64,000 bases of DNA from a virus. Numbering within the stretch: the stretch's first letter is position 1; the number at the start of each line of letters is the position of its first letter. The notes under the pieces are model-generated. The model saw nothing but the letters and a program-made list of their open reading frames with translations. It was not told the origin of the DNA and ran no database searches. Below, piece after piece: positions 1 to 10,123 of this stretch. The stretch spans positions 1-64,000 of the IMG/VR virus record IMGVR_UViG_3300027985_000627; one strand, given 5' to 3'. The translations under genes were made by a program, and so were the position numbers.

Positions 1-554
<554 letters not shown>

Positions 555-600
555 GTAAACGGTTACAATTAATTTACAACCTCTACTTTAGGAGAAGAAA

Positions 601-983
601 ATGGCAAACGAAACTACGTTTAAGAACGCCAAAATAGGTGACCGTGTGTGGTCGCCGCACTATGGTAACGGGCAAGTGGCGTGTAATAGTGAAGACCACA
701 TACATGTGAATTTTGCACATGGCTTAAATTGCAGATACAATATTGAAGGTTCGCTATGGAACCGCAATCCCTCTTCTGGTCCGTAGTCACCATCACCCCT
801 CCGCCACGTCCGAAGCGGATGGTGGAGAAGGAGTTTGTGCGTTGGATAAACGCATTTGACAACGGTACCATCACAACTCACGAAACTCTGTTTGAAGCGG
901 ACCATTTTGCCGAGAATATTCGCAAATCAAATCGTCTTGGTGAAGCAGAACGCATCGTCATCAAACGCCTGGTGGAGGAATAA
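601..983 (+). pseudogene. Hypothetical protein apparently split by a -1 frameshift near 765 (ORFs 601-786 and 756-983), or two short genes
   Basis: RBS aggag before 601; ...WNRNP in frame 1 would continue naturally into SLFWSVVTITPPPRPKR in frame 3. Confidence 0.45.
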
Positions 984-986
984 AAA

Positions 987-1697
987 ATGGCAAACGAAGA
1001 AATGCTGACAAAACTCAAAAAGCTTTTGGCTTTGGCTGCTAACGCCGGCAGCGAACAGGAAGCTGAAACCGCTATGCGGATGGCTTCGAAAATCATGGCT
1101 AAGTACGGACTTGAATCTGTTTCTCTGGAAGAAGAAAAGTCCGGCCCGTTCATTGATTCGTTTTCTTCTGAAACCTGGATTGATTCGAACTCGGAATGGG
1201 AAGGAACGTTGTCGGTCATCGTCGTCGAATGCTTCAACTGTCGGCAGATCAGACAGAAACCCATTCAGAAATACGGCATCAAAGGCAAAATCATTTTCGT
1301 AGGCGAAAAGAAAGACCTGGTACTGGTTGAATGGTACTACAAGTACCTGAAACTGGCTATCTCTCGCAGGGCGGAACAGCATTCCAAGAAGAAGCGTGAC
1401 CAACACGCTTTCGCTATCGGAATGATTCTCTCTCTCAGGGAACGGTTACAGAAACTCCACAAGTACGTCGAGGAAGAACGCACCGAGGACACAACGGCTA
1501 TCGTTCTTCGGACTCAGGCTATGGTGGATAAAAAGTTCAGGGAAATGTTTCCGAGAGTAAAAGAAGTGAATGGTCGAAAAATAAGCAACCAAGATGCTTT
1601 GAAAAAAGGGCAAGCTGCTGGAGCAAAGCTTTCTCTTTCGAAGCCTATAAACGGCAGTAATGAAAGAAAATCTAACGGACCTTTGTCTTTGAGCTAA
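987..1697 (+). CDS. DUF2786-domain protein
   Basis: N-terminal KLKKLLALA...EAETAMRMASKIMAKYGL signature; strong RBS ggagg. Confidence 0.8.
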   Translation: MANEEMLTKLKKLLALAANAGSEQEAETAMRMASKIMAKYGLESVSLEEEKSGPFIDSFSSETWIDSNSEWEGTLSVIVVECFNCRQIRQKPIQKYGIKGKIIFVGEKKDLVLVEWYYKYLKLAISRRAEQHSKKKRDQHAFAIGMILSLRERLQKLHKYVEEERTEDTTAIVLRTQAMVDKKFREMFPRVKEVNGRKISNQDALKKGQAAGAKLSLSKPINGSNERKSNGPLSLS

Positions 1698-1744
1698 AGG
1701 ATACAAGAACGGTGGAAGCAATTCTGCCGTTCAAAGGATCTTTT
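1696..1744 (+). other. Intergenic RNA hairpin H1 (GCAA tetraloop)
   Basis: gaacggtggaa-gcaa-ttctgccgttc inner stem plus aaaggat/atctttt outer stem. Confidence 0.7.
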
Positions 1745-1768
1745 AACTCTAACTTGGAGGATTGAATC

Positions 1769-2074
1769 ATGGGAATCTATATCAACCCTGTGAACGGTGC
1801 CATAAAAGAACTTTTTCTTAAAAAATACGGAATGGAAATAACTTTGCAAGATGTAAAGGAATTCACCGACTACAAAGGGGAGTTCGCAGTTGTTTGCCTT
1901 GTCAATAACGGACTGTTTACAGCCGCAGCCGTTATGTACAACGAGAGAGAAAAGCAGGAGTTCACAAGGACTTCTGATCCTCGGCCTAAAACGTTTTTCT
2001 TGGTTCCAAAATCGGTTATGGAAGAAGGCGGAGTATCTTTGAAAGACCTCGAACAAGCTATCGGAGGAAATTAA
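1769..2074 (+). CDS. Hypothetical protein
   Basis: 101-aa ORF, RBS ggagg. Confidence 0.75.
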   Translation: MGIYINPVNGAIKELFLKKYGMEITLQDVKEFTDYKGEFAVVCLVNNGLFTAAAVMYNEREKQEFTRTSDPRPKTFFLVPKSVMEEGGVSLKDLEQAIGGN

Positions 2075-2075
2075 C

Positions 2076-2951
2076 ATGACCACGAACGAAATGATCGAAC
2101 AGGCCCAGAAAATCGAAGAAATCAAAAACACCATCAGGTCTCAAAACCCGGAAGTGCAGTTCCCCAGGATCGTTAAAGAGCCTTGTTTTTCTCGCTCCAT
2201 CGACGGCACGTTTCATCGTGTGGCGAATCGCTTTAACGTGAAGAACGGCGACACGGGACTTTCGTACTCCATCCCGACGGGCGACTACAAGGTCTTCTCG
2301 CATGAAGAGGCGTTCTTCATGGCTGAGCAGGCTGTCAAAGACTTGCCCGAATACGGCAAGCCGGAATACAAAGTTCAATTCATCGGTGAAGGCGCCAAGA
2401 TGGTTCTCGGCGTCACCTTCCCGGAAGTCAAGATGGAAGTAAAAGTTGGCGACTTCGTTGCACCTGAACTTCGGATGTACAACTCCTACGATTTGCAGTG
2501 GGTGTTTCGTTCTGAATTCGGTGCTCGCCAGCTGGTCTGTACGAACGGCATGGTTGCTTTCAAGATTCAGAACCAGCAAACGAGGAAGCACCTGGTTTCG
2601 GTTCTCAATGTGGAAAGACTTACGGATGAAATCGGAGAACGTCTTGAGAACTTCTCCGAGCAAATCGGTCTGTGGTCTTCGTGGGCGGAAAGAAAGCTCA
2701 GCCAACTGGATTACGGAGTGATCGCTGAGGATCTTCCCTTCTCCGGACCTGAAAAGAAAAAGATGGTTGAGGAGATGAACATCATCGGCATGAACACGAC
2801 GGTCAAATCTTTGATTGAAAGCAACCAGCTTACGGCTTGGGACTTGCACTCTGCGGCTACGCAGTTTGCTACGCATGAGGTTCGGTCTGAAATTCGGAAG
2901 ATCGACCTTGAAGGCGATATTGAACGGGTCTTCATGCGGCACATGCAGTAA
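2076..2951 (+). CDS. DUF932/DUF945-family protein
   Basis: NSYD...FGARQLVCTNGM motif; C-terminal TAWDLHSAATQFATH. Confidence 0.8.
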   Translation: MTTNEMIEQAQKIEEIKNTIRSQNPEVQFPRIVKEPCFSRSIDGTFHRVANRFNVKNGDTGLSYSIPTGDYKVFSHEEAFFMAEQAVKDLPEYGKPEYKVQFIGEGAKMVLGVTFPEVKMEVKVGDFVAPELRMYNSYDLQWVFRSEFGARQLVCTNGMVAFKIQNQQTRKHLVSVLNVERLTDEIGERLENFSEQIGLWSSWAERKLSQLDYGVIAEDLPFSGPEKKKMVEEMNIIGMNTTVKSLIESNQLTAWDLHSAATQFATHEVRSEIRKIDLEGDIERVFMRHMQ

Positions 2952-2952
2952 G

Positions 2953-3011
2953 GTTCTTTAGATTCATAGGTTTCGGGGGCTTCGGCCCCTGGAACCAAAT
3001 GAACAAGGAAC
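2953..3011 (+). other. Intergenic RNA hairpin H2 (cUUCGg loop)
   Basis: ggtttcgggggc-ttcg-gcccctggaacc plus ttcat/atgaa and gttctt/aggaac outer stems; no U tract. Confidence 0.75.
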
Positions 3012-3029
3012 AATCAGCAAAGGAGTTAT

Positions 3030-3290
3030 ATGAAAACGTTTGAGGTGGAGATCAGTTCCTTGCAAAACGAACCATTTATGGTCAAAGCAAGGACCGAGGC
3101 TGAGGCTGTTCGTCTAGCTATCGAACATTCATTGGAGAAGTATCCTGGCTTTTTTATTCGAATGGAAGAAATTTCATACGAATACAGGGATGCTGCAAAA
3201 GGGACTTTGTACGAGTGTGATGAGGAATTGTATCTTGTGGATCCTGGTTATCCGAAAGTCAAAGAGGTAAAGGAGGGTGAATGGAACTAA
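3030..3290 (+). CDS. Hypothetical protein
   Basis: 86-aa ORF, RBS aggag. Confidence 0.7.
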   Translation: MKTFEVEISSLQNEPFMVKARTEAEAVRLAIEHSLEKYPGFFIRMEEISYEYRDAAKGTLYECDEELYLVDPGYPKVKEVKEGEWN

Positions 3291-3556
3291 AGGTTTTGAT
3301 GATTGTAAACCGTGTCAACACGCAGGTTGCTACTGTCATAATCGACAATGGCAATCCTAAAGAAATCAACTGGAACTTCATCATGGCCAAAGGTTGGAAA
3401 GCAACCGTGGTTCTGTCTACGATTGAAGAAGTCCTTACCAACGCACACCAGATGCCCTTGTATGTCGCCAAATCTGTAGCCCACAAATTTCCAAACCTTC
3501 CCTGTGTAGACGAACTTTATGAAAACATAGGAGGAATCATCAATGGTCGAAACTGA
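3281..3556 (+). CDS. Hypothetical protein
   Basis: 91-aa ORF, RBS ggagg, overlaps previous stop. Confidence 0.7.
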   Translation: MELKVLMIVNRVNTQVATVIIDNGNPKEINWNFIMAKGWKATVVLSTIEEVLTNAHQMPLYVAKSVAHKFPNLPCVDELYENIGGIINGRN

Positions 3557-3704
3557 TTTTATATTAGAACTTGCAGGCATTGCCTTTGTTTCTGGTGCCT
3601 GTTTCGGTATGGCTGTCATGATTTGTATATTTGGTGAAGACCTAAAAAAAATACTGGTTTTTGACTGGGAAACCTGTGCTGAGCCTTATCAAGAAGGTGA
3701 GTAA
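3543..3704 (+). CDS. Small membrane protein (53 aa)
   Basis: RBS aggagg; MVETDFILELAGIAFVSGACFGMAVMICIFG hydrophobic stretch; stop abuts next ATG. Confidence 0.6.
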   Translation: MVETDFILELAGIAFVSGACFGMAVMICIFGEDLKKILVFDWETCAEPYQEGE

Positions 3705-4187
3705 ATGACGAACGAAGAAAAGCTGGTTGAAATTCGTGAAGCCCACAAAAGTTTGTGGGACTGGTTGGCTGCCAATCCTTGGAAAGAAAAAGAAGATTGG
3801 CCTGGTTGGAGCAGAAAAAAGAAAGTGAAAAAAAAGTACCTGGGTTTGAGTTACACAATTGAACATTGGTTTTTTAAATTCACTTTCGGTGAACTGTTCA
3901 TTCCAAACATGTGTTTTTGCTGTTTGGCTACAGGATTTTATCCTGGCAATGCTGTGGACGACGAAAACAGAATGGATTGCCGCTTTTGCCCGATTACTTG
4001 GACTGTGAAAGAACCGAACAAAGCCCGTCAAGACATTCAAGGCAACGAATGCGAGGAAGAGGATAACGCTGAATACGAAATTTGGAATTTTACAAACAAC
4101 GAACCGGAATATGACTGCTACGGTGAAGAAACTCCTGAACAGACCAGAATTAGACTTGCTCGTTGGATCAGCGATGCCTGGAAGTAA
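3705..4187 (+). CDS. Hypothetical Cys-containing protein
   Basis: HKSLWDWLAANP...CFCC...CRFCPITW. Confidence 0.7.
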   Translation: MTNEEKLVEIREAHKSLWDWLAANPWKEKEDWPGWSRKKKVKKKYLGLSYTIEHWFFKFTFGELFIPNMCFCCLATGFYPGNAVDDENRMDCRFCPITWTVKEPNKARQDIQGNECEEEDNAEYEIWNFTNNEPEYDCYGEETPEQTRIRLARWISDAWK

Positions 4188-4238
4188 GTAATCAGCGGCA
4201 AGCTTTGTCAGGGAAGACGAGGCTTGCAACGGGTTATT
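4187..4238 (+). other. Intergenic RNA hairpin H3
   Basis: gcaagctttgtc-agggaa-gacgaggcttgc plus agtaatc/ggttatt outer stem. Confidence 0.65.
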
Positions 4239-4257
4239 AACTTCAAAGGAGGTTCTT

Positions 4258-4485
4258 ATGCACATTTCGGAAGTAAGAGAAAAGACGGCTGAAAATCTTG
4301 CTGTCGCAAACTTGGAGAAGGACCACTACCACCAGAGCATACGGCGTGGTGCTATGCTTTTGGTGAAGAAGCAGTTGCCGAAAGCTAAGTTTGTCACGCA
4401 GTACAGTTCAGGTTCTACTTTCTGGCATACTGAAAGAGGCGGATTCATGGTCACTAATGAAACTTTGTTGGAAAACCATTTGTAG
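4258..4485 (+). CDS. Hypothetical protein
   Basis: 75-aa ORF, RBS aggagg. Confidence 0.7.
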   Translation: MHISEVREKTAENLAVANLEKDHYHQSIRRGAMLLVKKQLPKAKFVTQYSSGSTFWHTERGGFMVTNETLLENHL

Positions 4486-4487
4486 GA

Positions 4488-4709
4488 GTGACTGTGCCGA
4501 AAGAAAAACTGATTTTTAACAAATCCAAGGTTCTGTTCGAAAAAGCATACATGGGAATGTGTCAAAGATGCAAAGGCACAGGCATTGCTCCGAAAGATAA
4601 AGACGGAAAATGTGTCCTGTGTAACGGATTCGGAGAACTTTGGATTTCTAGCTCTGGTTGGACTTTAGCCAAATGGGCTACACCGAACAAAGACGAAAAA
4701 CTGTATTAG
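4488..4709 (+). CDS. Small DnaJ-type zinc-finger protein
   Basis: CQRCKGTG and CVLCNGFG (CxxCxGxG twice). Confidence 0.65.
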   Translation: MTVPKEKLIFNKSKVLFEKAYMGMCQRCKGTGIAPKDKDGKCVLCNGFGELWISSSGWTLAKWATPNKDEKLY

Positions 4710-4718
4710 GAGGATTGT

Positions 4719-5561
4719 ATGAGTCTGAAAGATTGCAAAATCGGCGACAAGGTTGCTGATTTAGAATTATACTGGGGCGAAGTTATGAGCATGAACGCTA
4801 ACGCCCTGTACGCCAGGTTTCCCAATCCTGAAGGACCGGCTATCATAACAGGCTACGACTACAATGGATCGAGATGGTTGGCTCCTAACCGAAAAATGCT
4901 TTTCACAATGGATGAAGTAAAGAACGGAGCTTTGAACGATTACTTGGAAAGAAAGAAAGCCATTTTTGAAGCTGGAATCCAAAAACGTACCAGAAAAAAA
5001 TATGGTGAATTTAAAACGTTTTTCGTCATGGAAAACGAACATGATGACGGTTTGTGTATAGCGTCGAAAGGACCTGTCTACTTTTCAACAGAAATTGCCA
5101 AAAAAATCAAAAACGCTTTGGACAACAGATCCTTCAACTGGGAAAACGGTCTTGAAGAAAAGAAAGAAGAACACCAACCTGAACCTTCCAAAGGTTGTAA
5201 CAAGTTTATTTTCTTATTTCGGTTGAATAAGAAAGAAAGGACCCTTGTTTCAAGCGGGTTGCTTTCCAACGTAATGATTGGAACTGGAGAAGGTCCTACT
5301 GTCGGGGCAGCTTTCAGAAATTGTCTTCTCAAAGAAGGCTGCAAACGTGGCGACGCTTTGGAAGAAGCTTACATGTCCAGCAAAGTTCACGAACTGTTCT
5401 ACTATCAGACTTTCGGCAGCGGATTGGAAGAAAATTGCGAATGGCTTAAAACTTTTCACAAAGTGATGAAAGACAGGGTTAACCAAATTCATCAATGCGG
5501 CAAAAGCAAAAGTGGATTTTCGATCTACTCCGTTCTTTCCGATGTCAGAATGTGTGGATAG
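4719..5561 (+). CDS. Hypothetical protein
   Basis: 280-aa ORF, RBS aggagg; N-terminus KIGDKV resembles KIGDRV of ORF 601. Confidence 0.75.
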   Translation: MSLKDCKIGDKVADLELYWGEVMSMNANALYARFPNPEGPAIITGYDYNGSRWLAPNRKMLFTMDEVKNGALNDYLERKKAIFEAGIQKRTRKKYGEFKTFFVMENEHDDGLCIASKGPVYFSTEIAKKIKNALDNRSFNWENGLEEKKEEHQPEPSKGCNKFIFLFRLNKKERTLVSSGLLSNVMIGTGEGPTVGAAFRNCLLKEGCKRGDALEEAYMSSKVHELFYYQTFGSGLEENCEWLKTFHKVMKDRVNQIHQCGKSKSGFSIYSVLSDVRMCG

Positions 5562-5569
5562 GAGGAAAG

Positions 5570-5653
5570 ATGGAAACAATTATTTTGGTATGCGTTTTCT
5601 TGCTTGGTTTCATTGTCTGGACCTATTTGACTAGGAGGTACTGGGATGACTGA
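5570..5653 (+). CDS. Small single-TM peptide (27 aa)
   Basis: RBS aggagg; METIILVCVFLLGFIVWTYLTRRYWDD*. Confidence 0.55.
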   Translation: METIILVCVFLLGFIVWTYLTRRYWDD

Positions 5654-5975
5654 AAGAGAAATGAACGAATGGGCCATAGAACTTCTTTCTTGGCTTGAAG
5701 ATGCTGTTTGGGACGTTGCTGCGTGTTGCATGAGCGATCCTGAATGGAAAAGCAAAGCCAAGAAAGCAAAAGTGAAGCTGACCAGAGATTGGTTGGCTGA
5801 CGAACTTTACAGTGACCCTGAAGAGGTTTGGGAGTTGCTTGGAGACCGTATCTGGGACGTTTGCAAAGGAGATAACGATACTATCATCGCTTTTTGCAAG
5901 ATCATCGAAGGTAGGGGCAGCTCCGCTGTAAAGAGAGCTATGCGAAAGGCTATTGAGAAGTATTCAAACTGTTAG
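5646..5975 (+). CDS. Hypothetical protein
   Basis: 109-aa ORF, RBS aggagg. Confidence 0.7.
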   Translation: MTEREMNEWAIELLSWLEDAVWDVAACCMSDPEWKSKAKKAKVKLTRDWLADELYSDPEEVWELLGDRIWDVCKGDNDTIIAFCKIIEGRGSSAVKRAMRKAIEKYSNC

Positions 5976-5988
5976 CAAGGAGAAAATC

Positions 5989-6372
5989 ATGGGAAGCTTT
6001 TCAGAAATACTCAACGGACTCCCTTCTGACCGAGAATTGGCTGAACATGTAGAAGAAGTGGTGGACGAAACCATAAACTACGGAAATGCTGAAGGCGAAG
6101 CCAACTACGATTTCAAAGAAGAACAAGCTGAACCGTTGGTTCGTGAAATTTCGGCTATTTTGAAGAAATACGGAGTAACTGAATTCTTGTTCTTGATGCC
6201 TATCAGGAATTTTGCAACCATCAACTACTGCAAAATTACTTCTATAGCGGCGGCAAAGGTGATTAAAGTTTTCTTTTCATCCTCTCCTGAAGCAAGAGCA
6301 GTGTACGATTTGCTCAACATGCAAGCTGAGTTGAATATTGATAACAAAATAGAAATGGATCCTGACGCTTAG
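5989..6372 (+). CDS. Hypothetical protein
   Basis: Start reassigned to ATG 5989 (RBS aaggag). Confidence 0.7.
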   Translation: MGSFSEILNGLPSDRELAEHVEEVVDETINYGNAEGEANYDFKEEQAEPLVREISAILKKYGVTEFLFLMPIRNFATINYCKITSIAAAKVIKVFFSSSPEARAVYDLLNMQAELNIDNKIEMDPDA

Positions 6373-6419
6373 TTCGGTATACATGAGGGGCCGAAAGGCC
6401 CCGAACAGTGGATCGAACT
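6371..6419 (+). other. Intergenic RNA hairpin H4 (GAAA loop)
   Basis: gttcggtatac-atga-ggggcc-gaaa-ggcccc-gaaca-gtggatcgaac. Confidence 0.85.
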
Positions 6420-6438
6420 TTAACGAAAAGGAGATTGT

Positions 6439-6606
6439 ATGGGATGGTTCATGTTTTCATTACTTGGAGTAGGAACCTTCACTTTGTTTATGGGAAAATT
6501 CACACTTACGGAATATCTGCTTTTCTCGATCATGATTGAACTTGGATTTTTTGGACAAAACATTCTTAACTACCTTCGAAGCATTGATGGAGGAGGTAGA
6601 GGATGA
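6439..6606 (+). CDS. Small membrane protein (55 aa)
   Basis: RBS aaggag; two hydrophobic segments MGWFMFSLLGVGTFTLFM / YLLFSIMIELGFFG. Confidence 0.6.
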   Translation: MGWFMFSLLGVGTFTLFMGKFTLTEYLLFSIMIELGFFGQNILNYLRSIDGGGRG

Positions 6607-6803
6607 AAGAACACAAAATGGTTGTGACGATTAGATTCCCGGATGACGTTCCTAAAAGGTTTGCTATGGACTATGTTCGGGAAGCGATCCTTAATTGGAG
6701 AGGACAATTCCATCCAGATGATCCTTTAAATTCTGTAAAGAAAAACTTCGTGAGCGTAGTTGGTTACAACCCTTACGTTCCTAAAAACGACAATTGGTAC
6801 TAA
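6603..6803 (+). CDS. Hypothetical protein
   Basis: 66-aa ORF, RBS ggagg. Confidence 0.65.
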   Translation: MKEHKMVVTIRFPDDVPKRFAMDYVREAILNWRGQFHPDDPLNSVKKNFVSVVGYNPYVPKNDNWY

Positions 6804-6842
6804 ATAACTTTTAAAACAAAACCCTTAACGTAGGAGCATGAA

Positions 6843-7277
6843 ATGCCCAAAACCATTTCGATGTATCAAACTGAGGACGGCAAAATTTTTCAGAACAAAG
6901 AAGAAGCCGAAAAACACGAACAAAGCTCGGAAACCTACAACAAAGTTCGAAGTGTTTTGCGGACATTCAGTGTTATGCCTCTAGTGTACCAAAACACGGT
7001 AGTTGATCTTATCGTGAAAAAGTATCCGAAATTGGTGGACAGTCTTCTTCTGAAAGAAGGAGAAGAAAAGAAAAACCACCGTAACGGGTACAACGATGTC
7101 AAGTTGCTGCTTTCCAAAGACCCGAACAAATACTGGCCTGTTTCGGAGATTCAGGAACGTCTGAATATCTCCTACAGCACTGTGAACAACCACGTGAACA
7201 AACTCCTAAAAGAAGGTCTCATTTCTCGCGCTCAGAAGGGTGTTTACCGAATCAACACTTTGACCAAGAACGTTTAG
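6843..7277 (+). CDS. Winged-HTH DNA-binding protein
   Basis: C-terminal PVSEIQERLNISYSTVNNHVNKLLKEGLISRAQKGVY. Confidence 0.75.
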   Translation: MPKTISMYQTEDGKIFQNKEEAEKHEQSSETYNKVRSVLRTFSVMPLVYQNTVVDLIVKKYPKLVDSLLLKEGEEKKNHRNGYNDVKLLLSKDPNKYWPVSEIQERLNISYSTVNNHVNKLLKEGLISRAQKGVYRINTLTKNV

Positions 7278-7323
7278 TTCGGTATACCAAAGGGGCCGAA
7301 AGGCCCCAAATGGTGGATCGAAC
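7277..7323 (+). other. Intergenic RNA hairpin H5 (GAAA loop)
   Basis: gttcggtatacca-aa-ggggcc-gaaa-ggcccc-aaa-tggtggatcgaac. Confidence 0.85.
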
Positions 7324-7343
7324 CTGTAACCTACGAGGTGAGT

Positions 7344-9356
7344 ATGGACTTCAAGTTGTTGAAATCGGCTGTAGCTGGTCAATTCGAAAAGATGAAGAAG
7401 CACAAACTTTTCATAACTGGCACAGACAAAGATGAATTGTGGAATCTGTATCTGGATTCGTTCCCTGAAGGGACGAATTTGATCTACAGAGAACGGCGGG
7501 AGTACGATTGTTCCTGCTGCCGTCAGTTCATCAAGAACATCGGCAGCGTCGTGAACATCATTGACGGCAAGCTTGTCTCCATCTGGGACTGCAAAGTTGA
7601 CAATGAGAACTACCAGACCGTTGTGGATGCTCTTGCTCAGTACGTCAAAAACAAACCTGTTGTCGGTCTGTACTACAACAGCGAAAAGGTTGTCGGCATT
7701 GACAAAAACTTCGAAGACTTGGTTGACGGCATCCAGACCTGGGAACACTTCTTTGTAAACGTTCCCCCGGCTGTCGTCAAAAAGAAAGACGAAATCAACA
7801 GTTCGAAAGGAACTCACACCGATTCTTTCAACGTCCTTAAACGGTCGTTTGAAGAAATCACTTCGGACGCCGCGAAAGAGGTTCTTGATCTTATCGCGCA
7901 GGGCTCTCTGTATCGTGGCGAAGAACACAAGATGTCTGTCCAAACGTTCTTGGATTACAAACGTCCGTACGAGTGTCTTCCCGAAGAAAAGAAAGATTTG
8001 TACGTTTGGACAGTTTCTACTTCTGTTGGAATGAACGTTTCACGAATCAGGAACACAGCAATCGGAACTCTTCTCGTTGATCTTTCTGAAGGCGTCGATC
8101 TTGAGGAGGCTGTGAGAAAGTTCGAACAGGTGGTTGCTCCGATGAACTACAAACGGCCCACTTCGTTGATCTCGCAAAGGATGATCGACAACGCGAAGAA
8201 GACCGTTGAAGAACTCGGACTGACTTCTGCCCTTGAAAGGCGCTTTGCGAATGAGAACGATATTCCGATCAATGACGTTCTCTTCTCGTACAAGACGACG
8301 AAAAGTGCCAGAGGCGGAGACTTGTTCGATGGTCTCCCGACGAAAAAGAAAGAACATAACTTCAAGAACGTTAAGGAAATGAGCATCGAAAAGTTCTTGA
8401 AGGATGTGGTTCCCACTGCTTCTGAGTTGGAAATCTTCATGGAGAATCGGCTTATGCCGAATCTGGTCAGCTTGATTGCTCCTGAAGATCCGACGGCTGA
8501 AAACATGTTCAAGTGGCACAACAAGCTGTCTTGGTCTTACAAAGGCGGTGTGACTGATTCCATCAAGGAGCGTGTCAAGGCTGCTGGTGGAAAGATCGAA
8601 GGTGACGTTTGCATTCGTCTTTCTTGGAACAACTACGACGACTTGGACTTGCATCTTTTCAGCGCCAGCGGTGGAACCCATATTTACTATGCACAAAAAA
8701 GGGATTCTTATACTGGTGCTTGGCTTGACGTTGACATGAACGCTGGAGGTCCTCGTTCACGCACTCCGGTTGAAAACATCACCATAGGAAACCGAAAGCA
8801 CCTCCATGACAAAGAGCATTGGGTAGTTAAAGTCCACCAGTTTGCTCAAAGGGAAAACATCGACGTTGGTTTCGTTGTTCAAGTTGAAACGAAAGACGAT
8901 ATTCGTGAATACGGATACGAAAAACCCGTCAGAGGTACAATTGAAGTTCTTTACTTCTACTACGACAAAAAAGAGGACAAGATCGTCATTAAGGACGTCC
9001 TTCCCGCTTCTTCGGTTCAGAAAGAAGTTTGGGGAATCAAAACCGAAGACTTCGTAAAGGTCAAGAACATCATGCTTTCCCCCAACTACTGGGGAGAACG
9101 TCCGGTTGGAAACAAGCATTATCTCTTTATGCTTGAAGGGTGCAAGAATGAGGAACCTACTCGCGGGTTCTTCAACGAGTACCTCAATCCGATTCTCGAC
9201 AAACACAGAAAGGTTTTCGAGATTCTGGGCGGCAAGCTGACGGTCCCGTACACCGACAATCAGCTTAGTGGAGTCGGGTTCTCTTCGACTTCGCAGAATC
9301 ACTTTCTGGTGCGTGTGTCTGGTTCGTTCAACCGTATCGTTAAAGTAACCATCTAA
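7344..9356 (+). CDS. Large conserved phage protein with YfaP/DUF2135-like domain
   Basis: CSCC motif; SWNNYDDLDLH...LDVDMNAGG...PVENI; ATG 7344 follows RBS gaggtg. Confidence 0.7.
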   Translation: MDFKLLKSAVAGQFEKMKKHKLFITGTDKDELWNLYLDSFPEGTNLIYRERREYDCSCCRQFIKNIGSVVNIIDGKLVSIWDCKVDNENYQTVVDALAQYVKNKPVVGLYYNSEKVVGIDKNFEDLVDGIQTWEHFFVNVPPAVVKKKDEINSSKGTHTDSFNVLKRSFEEITSDAAKEVLDLIAQGSLYRGEEHKMSVQTFLDYKRPYECLPEEKKDLYVWTVSTSVGMNVSRIRNTAIGTLLVDLSEGVDLEEAVRKFEQVVAPMNYKRPTSLISQRMIDNAKKTVEELGLTSALERRFANENDIPINDVLFSYKTTKSARGGDLFDGLPTKKKEHNFKNVKEMSIEKFLKDVVPTASELEIFMENRLMPNLVSLIAPEDPTAENMFKWHNKLSWSYKGGVTDSIKERVKAAGGKIEGDVCIRLSWNNYDDLDLHLFSASGGTHIYYAQKRDSYTGAWLDVDMNAGGPRSRTPVENITIGNRKHLHDKEHWVVKVHQFAQRENIDVGFVVQVETKDDIREYGYEKPVRGTIEVLYFYYDKKEDKIVIKDVLPASSVQKEVWGIKTEDFVKVKNIMLSPNYWGERPVGNKHYLFMLEGCKNEEPTRGFFNEYLNPILDKHRKVFEILGGKLTVPYTDNQLSGVGFSSTSQNHFLVRVSGSFNRIVKVTI

Positions 9357-9375
9357 CTTCTCAAGGAGAACATCC

Positions 9376-9783
9376 ATGTCCATTGACACTCTGTTCATCA
9401 AAGCTACCCGTGAAAAGTTTCGTTTCCCCACTGACTGCATCGGTCAGGTTGACGTTGAGGCTTTGTGGGACTTTCCCCTGAAGTCTACCCGAGTCAACAA
9501 ACCTGATCTGAATACGACTGCTATCATTCTGCACAAAATCTTGAAGGAGCAGGAAGAAACGTCGTTTGTGGATGAAACTCCCCGGATCAGCACTGACATT
9601 CAGGATATGCTGGAGATCGTGAAGCACATCATTTCGGTCAAGAAAGCTGAGGTTAAGGAAGCCCTCTTGCTGAAGCAGAAGAAGGAGCGCAACCAGAAAA
9701 TCATGGAGATCATCTCCAAGAAGAAGGATGCCGCCCTTGAGGAAGCTACTGTCGAAGAACTGGAAGCTCTTCTGAACCAGTAG
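9376..9783 (+). CDS. Conserved hypothetical coiled-coil protein (partner of upstream gene)
   Basis: LFIKATREKFRF...VEALWDFPL; RBS aaggag. Confidence 0.75.
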   Translation: MSIDTLFIKATREKFRFPTDCIGQVDVEALWDFPLKSTRVNKPDLNTTAIILHKILKEQEETSFVDETPRISTDIQDMLEIVKHIISVKKAEVKEALLLKQKKERNQKIMEIISKKKDAALEEATVEELEALLNQ

Positions 9784-9838
9784 TCTTGCATACGACGGGG
9801 CAGGAGAAATCCTGCCCCTGAACAATGCAAGAAAACTA
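9781..9838 (+). other. Intergenic RNA hairpin H6 (GAAA loop)
   Basis: tcttgcat-acgac-ggggcagga-gaaa-tcctgcccc-tgaaca-atgcaaga. Confidence 0.8.
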
Positions 9839-9850
9839 AAAGGAGAGTTT

Positions 9851-10123
9851 ATGTGTCATTTAAACGATTTACCAGTCGTTGTTGACAAACCAGGAACTTA
9901 CATAACAAGAAACGGCAAAACCGTCATTGTTCACGAAATAAAACCATCTAAACACAAGGACAAATCTATCACTGAATTTTTGGTCAAAGGTTCTTTAATC
10001 ATTAGAAAAAATAACCGAGTACGTTATCATTATGACATATGGCACGTTTCAGGAAGATTTGAAGCTGTAATTCCTTGTGATATGGACATCATTGGAAAGG
10101 AGGAACAGTGTACATCCAAATAA
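9851..10123 (+). CDS. Hypothetical protein
   Basis: PGTYITRNG motif; RBS aggag. Confidence 0.7.
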   Translation: MCHLNDLPVVVDKPGTYITRNGKTVIVHEIKPSKHKDKSITEFLVKGSLIIRKNNRVRYHYDIWHVSGRFEAVIPCDMDIIGKEEQCTSK

